In this document: positions 9,316 through 17,350 of the stretch, one piece after another | Layout of the letters: each line of letters opens with the position of its first letter | Numbering within the stretch: position 1 is the stretch's first letter | NCBI RefSeq assembly: GCF_000017305.1 | Contig: NC_009664.2 | Coordinates: 2,250,001-2,282,000, forward strand | DNA length: 32,000 bases | From: Kineococcus radiotolerans SRS30216 = ATCC BAA-149 | GTDB lineage: Bacteria > Actinomycetota > Actinomycetes > Actinomycetales > Kineococcaceae | Reading direction: 5' to 3' | The notes under the pieces: generated by a model | Seen by the model: the letters and a program-made list of their open reading frames with translations, nothing else | The model's database searches: none | What the model was told of the DNA's origin: nothing | Program-made: the position numbers and the translations under genes

Positions 9316-10392
9316 TCACTCGCAGGCGATGCCGTCGCCGTCGCGGTCCAGGGCGGGGCGGTACCCGGGCTGACCAGCACGGATCGGGGCAGCGCCTGCA
9401 GCGCGAGCCTCGTCGCAGTTCCTGTAGTAGACGCCGGACGGTGCGGGCGGCGGCGGCGGCGGGGTCGTCGTCGGCGGAGCGGGCACGGGCACGACGGCGG
9501 CGACGGGCTGGTTCACCCGGGCCCCCGTGGCCGCCGACCACTCGACGTACCCGCGCTGGAAGTCCACCCGGCGTCCCCCGGGGACGTCGTGCTCGTCGTT
9601 CACCGGGTAGCCCAGCGACCCGTTCTCGTAGCCCGTCGAGGCGTAGGCGTCGAGGATCGCCCCGCACAGCGCGTGCGCGCCCGTGGTCGGCGACCAGTAC
9701 GCGACCCCGCCCTGGAACCGCTGGTACACCCCGCCGTCGCGGGCGGGGAGCTCCTGCGAGGTCGGGTAGCGCAGGCAGCCGTTCTCGTGGCCGAGGCGGG
9801 CGTAGAGGTCGCGGAAGGAACCCGAGACGGTGTGCGCGCCGGAGGCGGGCGACCAGTAGGCGACCCCGCCCTGGAACAGCTGGAACACCCCGCCGTCGCG
9901 GATCGGGACCTCCTGGCTCGTCGGGTAGCCGAGGAACCCGTTCTCGTGGCCCAGCGACCCGTAGAGGCGCAGGAACTCCCCCGACACCGAGTGCGCGGCG
10001 CTCGCGGGGGACCAGTAGAGGGTCCCTCCCTGGTAGTTCTGGAACACCCCTCCGGCCCGGGTCCCCACCTCACCGGAGACGGGGTAGTGCAGGAACCCGT
10101 TCTCCCAGCCGGTCGCGGCCCACAGGTCGCGGAAGGAACCGGAGACGTCCCAGGCCCCGGAGGCCGGGCTCCAGTAGACGGCCCCGCGCTGGAACGTCGC
10201 GAACCGGCCGTCGGCCGTCGGCTGCTCGCAGCCCGTGACCGCCCCCAGCCGGCCGGACGTCCCGCCGAGCTGCGCGTAGCGGGCGTCGACGGCACCCGTC
10301 AGGCAGGTGTCGGCCGACGCCGTGCCCACCCCCGCCACGAGGGTTCCGCTCAGCACCAGCAACGCCGTCATCGCCTTCACCGCACCGCGCAC
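9316..10392 (-). CDS. Secreted LGFP-repeat protein with C-terminal Excalibur calcium-binding domain
   Basis: 358 aa. Signal peptide (…GVGTASA/D), five about-50-aa LGFP-type repeats (ENGFLGYPTS…GGVFQ.FQGG..YWSP), Pro-rich linker, and C-terminal YYRNCDEARAAGAAPIRAGQPGYRPALDRDGDGIACE. Confidence 0.86.
   Translation of the reverse strand: MRGAVKAMTALLVLSGTLVAGVGTASADTCLTGAVDARYAQLGGTSGRLGAVTGCEQPTADGRFATFQRGAVYWSPASGAWDVSGSFRDLWAATGWENGFLHYPVSGEVGTRAGGVFQNYQGGTLYWSPASAAHSVSGEFLRLYGSLGHENGFLGYPTSQEVPIRDGGVFQLFQGGVAYWSPASGAHTVSGSFRDLYARLGHENGCLRYPTSQELPARDGGVYQRFQGGVAYWSPTTGAHALCGAILDAYASTGYENGSLGYPVNDEHDVPGGRRVDFQRGYVEWSAATGARVNQPVAAVVPVPAPPTTTPPPPPPAPSGVYYRNCDEARAAGAAPIRAGQPGYRPALDRDGDGIACE
9523..10296 (-). 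repeat. Five tandem coding repeats (LGFP units, about 144-156 nt period)
   Basis: Repeated protein units are visible in the ORF. DNA-level recurrence of ccagta(c/g)gcgaccccgccctggaac… blocks. Confidence 0.8.
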
Positions 10393-10564
10393 GCGTTCCC
10401 CCGGAGCTCACGCTGAGCAGTTCCTCAGCTACACGGCGCAGCCTAGGGCGTCCGGCGCCGGGAGGGGCGCCGTTCGGCACCTCCGCCCACCCCGGGCCGG
10501 GCCGGCGCAGGGACGGGCGTGGCAGAGTCCTCCGGTCACCGCTGAGCCGCACCCGAGGAGCACC

Positions 10565-11527
10565 GTGCCGGACCCGTCCCCCCTCGCCCCCCTCGTCGTG
10601 GTCGTCACCACCGGCGGCACCATCGCCAGCACCGTCGACGAGGACGGGGTGAGCCGCCCGACCCTGGGCGGCGACGCGCTGCTCGGCACCGCCGGCGACG
10701 AGGCCGGTGTCCGGGTGCGGGTCGTCGAGGCGCTGCGGGTGGACTCCTCCACCCTGACCCTCGCCCAGGCCGACCTGGTCCGCGCCCGGGTCGCGGAGGC
10801 GCTCGCCGACCCCGGCGTCGCCGGGGTGGTCGTGCTGCACGGCACCGACTCCCTGGAGGAGACGGCGTACCTGCTGGACCTGCACCACGACGACCCCCGT
10901 CCCGTCGTCCTCACCGGCTCCCAGCGCACCGCCGACCACCCCGCCCCCGATGCCCCCGCCAACGTGCGGGAGGCGCTGCGGGTCGCGGCGGACGGGCTGG
11001 CCCGCGGGCAGGGGGTCCTCGTCGCGTTCGGCGGCCGCGTGCACGCGGCCGCCGGGACGACCAAGCGCCACACCACCGACCTCGACGCCTTCGCGGCCCC
11101 CGACAGGGCGCTGCCCCGGGCCGGGGCGCTCACCGCCGTCGGCTCCCCGGACGCCCCGTGGCCGCGGGTGGACGTCGTCGCCGCGCACCCGGGCACCGAC
11201 GGCGCGCTGCTGGACGCGGCGCGGGAGCTGGGCGCGCGGGGGGTCGTGCTGCAGGGCCTGGGGTCGGGGAACGCGACGGCGGAGGTCGTCGCCGCGGTGG
11301 CGCGCGCCGTCGCCGCGGGGGTGGTGGTCGTGCTGACGACGCGGGTGCCCGCCGGTCCCGTCGCGACCAGCTACGGCTCCGGCGGCGGGGGTGCGGAGCT
11401 GGCCGCGGCCGGGGCGATCCCGGCGGGGCGGCTGCGGGCCGGGCAGGCGCGGGTGCTGCTCGCGGTGCTGCTGCGCGCGGGCGCTGACCGCGGGGAGGTC
11501 GCCCGGGAGTTCGCGCGCCGCGGCTGA
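10565..11527 (+). CDS. L-asparaginase (type II-like)
   Basis: 320 aa from GTG 10565, with GAGGAG 4 nt upstream. Catalytic TTGGTIAS motif, HGTDSLEETA, and LQGLGSGN. The upstream part of the 10307 ORF overlaps the LGFP gene start and is rejected. Confidence 0.85.
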   Translation: MPDPSPLAPLVVVVTTGGTIASTVDEDGVSRPTLGGDALLGTAGDEAGVRVRVVEALRVDSSTLTLAQADLVRARVAEALADPGVAGVVVLHGTDSLEETAYLLDLHHDDPRPVVLTGSQRTADHPAPDAPANVREALRVAADGLARGQGVLVAFGGRVHAAAGTTKRHTTDLDAFAAPDRALPRAGALTAVGSPDAPWPRVDVVAAHPGTDGALLDAARELGARGVVLQGLGSGNATAEVVAAVARAVAAGVVVVLTTRVPAGPVATSYGSGGGGAELAAAGAIPAGRLRAGQARVLLAVLLRAGADRGEVAREFARRG

Positions 11528-11602
11528 CCGCGCTCGGGGGATCCCCCGTGTCGTCCACCCCCGCTAGCGTGACGAGGAGCCGACGGGGAGGACGGGGAGA
11601 CG

Positions 11603-13996
11603 ATGGCCAGGTCCACGCAGCAGGTGCCCGCGACCGGCTCGCCGGGGCGGGGTGCGGACGCCCACGACGTCATCCGGGTCCGCGGGGCGCGGGAGAACAA
11701 CCTCCGCGACGTGGACGTCGAGATCCCCAAGCGCCGGCTGACGGTGTTCACCGGGGTGTCGGGGTCGGGCAAGAGCTCGCTGGTGTTCGGGACGATCGCC
11801 GCGGAGTCCCAGCGCCTCATCAACGAGACCTACAGCGCGTTCGTCCAGGGTTTCATGCCGAGCCTGGCCCGCCCGGACGTCGACGTCCTGGAGGGCCTGA
11901 CGACGGCCATCATCGTCGACCAGCAGCGCATGGGCGCCGACAGCCGCTCCACCGTCGGCACCGCCACCGACGCGAACGCGGTGCTGCGGATCCTGTTCAG
12001 CCGGCTCGGGGAACCGCGCATCGGTTCCCCGCAGGCGTTCTCGTTCAACGTCGCCTCGGTCAGCGGCAGCGGGGCGGTCACCGTCGAGCGCGGCGCGAGG
12101 ACGAGGGCCGTCAAGGCGAGCTTCACCCGCACCGGCGGGATGTGCCCGCGCTGCGAGGGGCTCGGCCACGTCTCCGACCTCGACCTGTCCCAGCTCTACG
12201 ACGACGCGAAGTCGCTGAACGAGGGCGCGCTGACCGTCCCCGGGTACAGCGCCGACGGCTGGTACGGGCGCATCTTCGCCGGGTGCGGGTTCTTCGACCC
12301 GGACAAGCCGATCCGGGAGTTCACGCCGCGGGAGCTGCACGACCTCCTGCACCGGGAACCCACGAAGATCAAGGTCGACGGCATCAACCTCACCTACGAG
12401 GGCCTGATCCCGAAGATCCAGAAGTCGATGCTCTCCAAGGACGTCGACGCCCTGCAACCGCACGTCCGGGCGTTCGTCGAGCGCGTCGCGACGTTCGCGG
12501 TGTGCCCCGAGTGCGAGGGGACCCGCCTCAACGAGGGCGCCCGGTCCTCGAAGGTCCGCGGGATCTCCATCGCCGACGCGTGCCGGATGCAGATCAGCGA
12601 CCTCGCCGGGTGGGTCCGCGGGATCGACGACCCCTCCGTCGCGCCGCTGCTGGAGACCCTGCGCCAGACGCTGGACTCGTTCGCCGCGATCGGGCTGGGG
12701 TACCTGTCGCTGGAACGGCCCTCGGGGACGCTGTCGGGCGGGGAGGCGCAGCGGGTGAAGATGGTGCGGCAGCTGGGGTCCGCGCTGACCGACGTCACCT
12801 ACGTGTTCGACGAACCCACCACGGGGCTGCACCCGCACGACGTCCAGCGCATGAACGACCTGCTGCTCCAGCTGCGGGACAAGGGGAACACCGTCCTCGT
12901 CGTCGAGCACAAGCCCGAGACGATCGCCATCGCCGACCACGTCGTCGACCTCGGCCCCGGCGCCGGGCCCGCGGGGGGTTCGGTGTGCTTCGAGGGCGAC
13001 GTCGAGGGCCTGCGGTCCAGCGGCACCGTCACCGGCAGGCACGTCGACGACCGGGCGCGCCTGAAGCCGGCGGTGCGGACCGCGACGGGTTCGCTGCCGA
13101 TCCGCGGGGCGTCGCGGAACAACCTGAAGGACGTCGACGTGGACGTCCCCCTGGGGGTCCTCACCGTCGTCACCGGCGTCGCCGGTTCGGGCAAGAGCTC
13201 GCTCATCCACGGTTCCCTGCCCCCCGGCGCCGGGGTCGTGTCGATCGACCAGGGCGCCATCCGGGGGTCGCGGCGCAGCAACCCCGCCACGTACACCGGC
13301 CTGCTGGAACCGGTCCGGAAGGCGTTCGCGAAGGCGAACGGGGTGAAGCCCGCGCTGTTCAGCGCGAACTCCGAGGGCGCCTGCCCCGCCTGCAACGGCG
13401 CCGGGGTGATCTACACCGACCTGGCGATGATGGCGGGGGTGGCCACCACCTGCGTGGAGTGCGAGGGACGCCGCTTCGACGACGCCGTCCTGGACCACCT
13501 GCTCGGGGGGCGGAACATCGCCGAGGTACTGGCGATGCCCGTCGCGGAGGCCGTGGAGTTCTTCGCCGCCGGGGAGGCCCGCACCCCGGCCGCGCACGCG
13601 GTCCTGGAACGGCTGGCCGACGTGGGTCTGGGCTACCTCACCCTCGGCCAGCCGCTGACGACGTTGTCCGGCGGGGAGCGGCAGCGGCTGAAGCTCGCCA
13701 CGCACCTGGGCGGGAAGGGCGGGACCTACGTCCTGGACGAACCCACGGCCGGTCTGCACCTCGCCGACGTCCAGCACCTGCTGGGGTTGCTGGACCGGCT
13801 CGTGGACTCGGGCCGCTCCGTCATCGTCATCGAGCACCACCAGGCCGTCGTGGCGCACGCGGACTGGGTCATCGACCTCGGCCCCGGCGCCGGCCACGAC
13901 GGCGGGCGGGTCGTGTTCGAGGGCACCCCCGCCGACCTCGTCGCGGACCGCTCGACGCTCACCGGGCAGCACCTCGCCGCGTACGTGGGCGCGTGA
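11603..13996 (+). CDS. UvrA-like ABC ATPase paralogue (short, class II/UvrA2-type)
   Basis: 797 aa. Two ABC modules (GVSGSGKSS / LSGGEAQR / VFDEPTTGLH and GVAGSGKSS / LSGGERQR / VLDEPTAGLH) and Cys-x2-Cys zinc modules (CPRCEG, CPECEG, CPACNG, CVECEG). About 150 aa shorter than canonical UvrA. Confidence 0.9.
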   Translation: MARSTQQVPATGSPGRGADAHDVIRVRGARENNLRDVDVEIPKRRLTVFTGVSGSGKSSLVFGTIAAESQRLINETYSAFVQGFMPSLARPDVDVLEGLTTAIIVDQQRMGADSRSTVGTATDANAVLRILFSRLGEPRIGSPQAFSFNVASVSGSGAVTVERGARTRAVKASFTRTGGMCPRCEGLGHVSDLDLSQLYDDAKSLNEGALTVPGYSADGWYGRIFAGCGFFDPDKPIREFTPRELHDLLHREPTKIKVDGINLTYEGLIPKIQKSMLSKDVDALQPHVRAFVERVATFAVCPECEGTRLNEGARSSKVRGISIADACRMQISDLAGWVRGIDDPSVAPLLETLRQTLDSFAAIGLGYLSLERPSGTLSGGEAQRVKMVRQLGSALTDVTYVFDEPTTGLHPHDVQRMNDLLLQLRDKGNTVLVVEHKPETIAIADHVVDLGPGAGPAGGSVCFEGDVEGLRSSGTVTGRHVDDRARLKPAVRTATGSLPIRGASRNNLKDVDVDVPLGVLTVVTGVAGSGKSSLIHGSLPPGAGVVSIDQGAIRGSRRSNPATYTGLLEPVRKAFAKANGVKPALFSANSEGACPACNGAGVIYTDLAMMAGVATTCVECEGRRFDDAVLDHLLGGRNIAEVLAMPVAEAVEFFAAGEARTPAAHAVLERLADVGLGYLTLGQPLTTLSGGERQRLKLATHLGGKGGTYVLDEPTAGLHLADVQHLLGLLDRLVDSGRSVIVIEHHQAVVAHADWVIDLGPGAGHDGGRVVFEGTPADLVADRSTLTGQHLAAYVGA

Positions 13997-14016
13997 GGGG
14001 CGCGTGAGGGGCGCGT
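13988..14016. repeat. 11-bp tandem duplication (GGCGCGTGAGG x about 2.6) spanning the uvrA-like stop codon
   Basis: The sequence reads gggcgcgtgaggggcgcgtgaggggcgcgt. The first TGA (13994-13996) is the stop. Confidence 0.85.
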
Positions 14017-14017
14017 C

Positions 14018-14263
14018 TCAGTAGGTGCCCTCGATCCGCGCCTGCTCCACGAGGCCCTCGTAGCCGTCCTCCCCCTCGTCGACCTGCTCGGGGCCGAGCA
14101 CGGAGATCGACCAGGGGACCTCGCAGGGCCCGTCGTGCTCGGGGTCGGGGCACAGGGCCCGGCTGATCCGCTCGACGACGTCCTGCGCCTGCTCCTCCGA
14201 GGCCCACACGCCGATGCGGATCTCGTGGGTGCCGCGGCCGCTGGCGGGGTTGCTCGGGCTCAC
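14018..14263 (-). CDS. Small acidic cytoplasmic protein (81 aa) with CPDPEHDGPC motif, function unknown
   Basis: Non-artefactual C-terminal part of the 14018-14779 ORF (IRIGVWASEEQAQDVVERISRALCPDPEHDGPCEVPW…). GTG 14263 overlaps the stop of the upstream gene (GTGA, 14260-14263). Confidence 0.6.
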   Translation of the reverse strand: MSPSNPASGRGTHEIRIGVWASEEQAQDVVERISRALCPDPEHDGPCEVPWSISVLGPEQVDEGEDGYEGLVEQARIEGTY

Positions 14264-14862
14264 CGCGGGTCCCGCGAGGGTTCGCGGGTGGTCACGCAGA
14301 GGACCACGGCCAGGGCGGCGACCGCGGCGGCGAGGACGCCGAGCCCGGTCTCGACGCCGTGGTCGAGGACCGAGGGGCGCACGGACCCCCACTGCGCCGT
14401 GGCGGTCTCCCGCGCGGTCGGGGCCCGCAGCACCGACCACGCCGACAGCGCCGCGGTCCCCGCCGCCCACACCGCGCACCCGGCCGCGGTGACGCCGACG
14501 AGGAGGCGGCGGCGGGCGACGATGAGCCAGCCCGGCGCCCCGGCGGCCACGACCGCGGCCAGGGCGAGGAGGGCGAAGGCGCTGACCGCGGCGGGCCAGC
14601 CCGGGGGCTGGGCCACCAGGACCAGGGCCCAGCGGTCGGCGAGCACCACGGGGGCGTCCTCGTCGCCGGTCCGCTCCACCACCGCCCCGGCGTCGCCGGC
14701 GAGGCGCTGCACCGCCACCACGGACACGGCGAGCGGCAGCGCCGCCGCGAGCAGGAGCGCCCACCACACCCAGGACCACCGCCCGGCGGGGTCGTCCTCG
14801 AGGTCGGGCCCGGGACCGAGCCCGGCGTCCTCGCGCGGGCCGGGGGCGGCGGCGGGGGTCAC
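14260..14862 (-). CDS. Integral membrane protein (200 aa, about 5 TM), function unknown
   Basis: Hydrophobic segments in the C-terminal 200 aa of the 14260-15600 ORF. GTG 14862 overlaps the upstream stop (GTGA, 14859-14862). Confidence 0.6.
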   Translation of the reverse strand: MTPAAAPGPREDAGLGPGPDLEDDPAGRWSWVWWALLLAAALPLAVSVVAVQRLAGDAGAVVERTGDEDAPVVLADRWALVLVAQPPGWPAAVSAFALLALAAVVAAGAPGWLIVARRRLLVGVTAAGCAVWAAGTAALSAWSVLRAPTARETATAQWGSVRPSVLDHGVETGLGVLAAAVAALAVVLCVTTREPSRDPR

Positions 14863-15656
14863 GGCTGCGGCCTCCGGTAGTGCGCGTAGTCCTCCGCGCT
14901 GGGGCGCGGGAACGGCGGCACCTCCCCGGACCCGGCGGGGGTTCTCGCGGGGGACCCCGCCGCGGAGCCCGGGAGCGGTTCCGCCGCCGGGGGTTCCGCA
15001 GCGGGCTCCACGTCGGGTTCGGAGAGGGGTTCCGCAGCGGGTTCCGCGAGGGGTTCCGCGGCGGGGCCGGGGTCCTGCTCCGCGGCCGCGGCGGGCGGCA
15101 GCGCCGGCCCCAGCAGCACGACGCCGGCGACGGCGGAGAACACGAGCGCGGTGGCCATCGCCGCCAGGACGGGGGCGACGTCGAGGAACGACGAGGAGGA
15201 GGGGAAGTACGCCCCCTCCCCCTCCGGCAGCTGCACGGCGACGAGGTCGACCACGACGACCGCCGCGGCCGAGAGCGCGGAGAGCGCGGCGGCGCCCGCC
15301 CCGGCCCACCGGCAGGCCCGGGGCAGCGGCCACCGGACCCCGGTGGTCAGGTGCAGCCCGGCGAGGACCACGCAGGCGGCGGCGGCGGCGAGCAGGGCGC
15401 GGTCGGCGGGGGCCGCGCCGGACAGGACGCTCCACCGGTCCCAGAAGTCGACGTCGGGGGAGACGGTGCGCGTCTCGTTGCCCTGCGCGTCGTACTCGTA
15501 GCTGGCGAAGTACCGCACGTCGAGCGCGCCGGCGAGGACGCGCTGGTGCACGCCGAGGAGCACGACGGGCAGCAGCACCGCCACGGCCACCAGCGCCCAC
15601 GCCGCCGCGCGCAGCACGGGCGGGACCCGGGGGAGGTCGCCGGTCTCCGGAGTCAC
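14859..15656 (-). CDS. Integral membrane protein (265 aa, about 4 TM) with C-terminal Ala/Glu/Pro-repeat tail, function unknown
   Basis: Sensible TM pattern plus a loop YFASYEYDAQGNETRTVSPDVDFWDRW, and an AAEPL-repeat tail. GTG start at 15656. Confidence 0.6.
   Translation of the reverse strand: MTPETGDLPRVPPVLRAAAWALVAVAVLLPVVLLGVHQRVLAGALDVRYFASYEYDAQGNETRTVSPDVDFWDRWSVLSGAAPADRALLAAAAACVVLAGLHLTTGVRWPLPRACRWAGAGAAALSALSAAAVVVVDLVAVQLPEGEGAYFPSSSSFLDVAPVLAAMATALVFSAVAGVVLLGPALPPAAAAEQDPGPAAEPLAEPAAEPLSEPDVEPAAEPPAAEPLPGSAAGSPARTPAGSGEVPPFPRPSAEDYAHYRRPQP
14970..15062 (-). repeat. Imperfect tandem coding repeat (about 15 nt; AAEPL / AEP units)
   Basis: Protein segment AAEPLAEPAAEPLSEPDVEPAAEPPAAEPL. 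The plus strand shows recurring ggttccgc(a/g)gcgg units. Confidence 0.7.
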
Positions 15657-15741
15657 GCCCCGACCCTACGGTTCCCGGTCCGCCCGCGGGCGGTCCACGC
15701 GGTTCGGGGCCGGGGAGGCGACCCGCCGGGCCCGCAGGAGG

Positions 15742-16374
15742 TCAGGAGCGGCGCGGGACGGGGTCGGCGCCGGGGCGCTGCATCCGCAGGCGGCGCTCGG
15801 CGCCGAGGGTGAAGTAGTCGGCCGGGCCGCCCGCGCGCAGCAGCGGGTCCGCGGCCAGGGTGTCGAAGACCCCGTCGACGATCACCCGCTCGTCGAGGTG
15901 GACCACGACGACCTCGCCGAGGACCAGCCAGGCGTCCACCTCGCGCTGCGCGGCGTCGGTGAGGCGCTGGACGCGGGTGACGCGGCACTCGAAGGCGACG
16001 GGGCTCTCGGCCACCCGCGGGGGCCCGACGAGCTGGGAGGGCGCCGGGGTCAGCCCGGCGAGCGCGAACTCGTCGACCTCGGGACCGACCGGCGCGGAGG
16101 TGAGGTTCATCGGCTCCGCCAGCGCGACGGAGGCGAGGTTCCAGACGAACTCGCCGCTCGCCTCGGCGTTGGCGACGCTGTCCTTCCAGCCGGTGCTGGA
16201 GAAGCCCACGATGGGCGGGCTGTAGTTGAAGAGGTTGAAGAAGCTGTACGGGGCCAGGTTCAGCGTCCCGTCCGCCGCCGCCGTCGAGACCCAGCCGATG
16301 GGGCGGGGGGCGACGATCGAGTTCAGCGGGTCGTGGGCCAGGCGGTGGCCCTCGCGGGGCTGGTAGGAGTGCAC
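15742..16374 (-). CDS. Flavin reductase family protein (FMN-binding split barrel)
   Basis: 210 aa from GTG 16374. Motifs IVAPRPIGWVSTAAADGTLNLAPYSFFN and VAESPVAFECR. The rest of the 505-aa ORF is an artefact overlapping the EamA gene. Confidence 0.85.
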   Translation of the reverse strand: MHSYQPREGHRLAHDPLNSIVAPRPIGWVSTAAADGTLNLAPYSFFNLFNYSPPIVGFSSTGWKDSVANAEASGEFVWNLASVALAEPMNLTSAPVGPEVDEFALAGLTPAPSQLVGPPRVAESPVAFECRVTRVQRLTDAAQREVDAWLVLGEVVVVHLDERVIVDGVFDTLAADPLLRAGGPADYFTLGAERRLRMQRPGADPVPRRS

Positions 16375-16385
16375 GGGCGCGGACG

Positions 16386-17327
16386 CTACCCGCGCCCGCG
16401 GGGCCGGGCGCCCCGGAGCGGGGTCCCGCCCACGAGGCGGGTGGCGAGCAGCGCGAGCGCGAGGCCGCCCGCGGTGGTGGCGGTGACGGGTTCGCCGAAG
16501 GCCAGGGCGCCCCAGGCGGTGGTGACCGGGGGCACGAGGAACAGCAGGCCGTTGACGGCGGTGACCCCGACCCGGTCCAGCAGCAGCCAGTACAGCCCGT
16601 ACCCGCCGAAGGTGGGCAGGACGACCGCCCACGCCGTGGCCAGCCAGAACCGGGGGTCGTCGGGCACGGTGGCCGCCCCGGTGGCGAGCGCCGCACCGCC
16701 GAGGAGCACCGCGGAGGTGGTGCAGTGGACGGTGAGGTTGCGCAGCGGGCGCGGCGGGGTGCCCGCCCGGCGGTCCAGCAGGGTCGCCGCGACCAGGCAG
16801 AGCATCCCGGCGGCGGGCACGGCGTAGGCCCAGCCGGGGGCGTCGGTGCGCGGGGAGGCGGCGTCGGCGAGGGTGACGACGAGGACGCCGGTCAGCCCGA
16901 GCGCGAGCCCCAGCCACTGCCGCCCGGACACCGCCACCCCCAGCAGCGGACCGGCGAGCGCGGCCACCACGAGGGGCTGCACGCCGTCGACGAGGGCGGT
17001 GGTGCCGGTGCTGACGCCGAGCCCGACGGCCCAGTAGACGCTGAGGAGGTAGCCGGACTGCGACAGCGCCCCGACGCCGGCCTGGCGCGCCAGCTCCGCG
17101 GCGGGGACCGGGGGCGGGCGGGGGTCCGCGCGGGTGCGGCGCACCCAGCCGACGAGGAGGAGCACCGCGGCGAGGGGGACGGTCCGCCAGGCGAGGACGG
17201 TGAGGACGTCGGCGTCGCGGGTGCCGAGCTTGGCGCCGACGAACCCGGAGGACCAGCACAGGACGAACAGCGCGCTCAGGACGGCGAGCCCGGCGGGGCG
17301 GTGGAGTACACCGATCGGTTTACCCAT
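16386..17327 (-). CDS. EamA/DMT-family transporter
   Basis: 313 aa, about 10 TM, duplicated EamA-type halves. ATG 17327. Divergent from tetR. Confidence 0.85.
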   Translation of the reverse strand: MGKPIGVLHRPAGLAVLSALFVLCWSSGFVGAKLGTRDADVLTVLAWRTVPLAAVLLLVGWVRRTRADPRPPPVPAAELARQAGVGALSQSGYLLSVYWAVGLGVSTGTTALVDGVQPLVVAALAGPLLGVAVSGRQWLGLALGLTGVLVVTLADAASPRTDAPGWAYAVPAAGMLCLVAATLLDRRAGTPPRPLRNLTVHCTTSAVLLGGAALATGAATVPDDPRFWLATAWAVVLPTFGGYGLYWLLLDRVGVTAVNGLLFLVPPVTTAWGALAFGEPVTATTAGGLALALLATRLVGGTPLRGARPRGRG

Positions 17328-17350
17328 GACGGGAGAGTAGACCGATCGGT
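17306..17350. promoter_or_regulatory. Two copies of the perfect 10-bp palindrome ACCGATCGGT (probable TetR operators) in the eamA/tetR divergent region
   Basis: Copies at 17310-17319 and 17341-17350, centres 31 bp apart. The first extends to an 18-bp palindrome with one mismatch (17306-17323) and lies in eamA codons 3-6. The second abuts the tetR ATG (17351). Confidence 0.6.

Noticed and set aside
9523-10296. Tandem about-150-nt DNA repeats considered as a possible CRISPR or other noncoding array
   Set aside because: The repeats are in frame inside a long ORF and encode LGFP protein units. There is no short-repeat/unique-spacer structure.
9441-11558. Alternative-frame ORFs over the LGFP and asparaginase genes (for example 9441-10238, 9589-10416, 10070-11188, 10429-11196)
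   Set aside because: They have R/P/G/S-rich repetitive translations that simply mirror the LGFP DNA repeats. The LGFP and asparaginase frames carry specific motifs.
11548-14007. 819-aa (+) and 802-aa (-) ORFs co-extensive with the uvrA-like gene
   Set aside because: Only the 11603-13996 frame shows Walker A/B, ABC signature and zinc-module motifs. The others are low-complexity.
14135-15817. 560-aa plus-strand ORF and the 446-aa minus ORF N-terminal part over the three-gene operon
   Set aside because: The translations are extremely Arg/Pro/Ala-rich. The chosen minus-strand genes have coherent TM patterns and are linked by GTGA junctions. Confidence in this locus is nonetheless only moderate.
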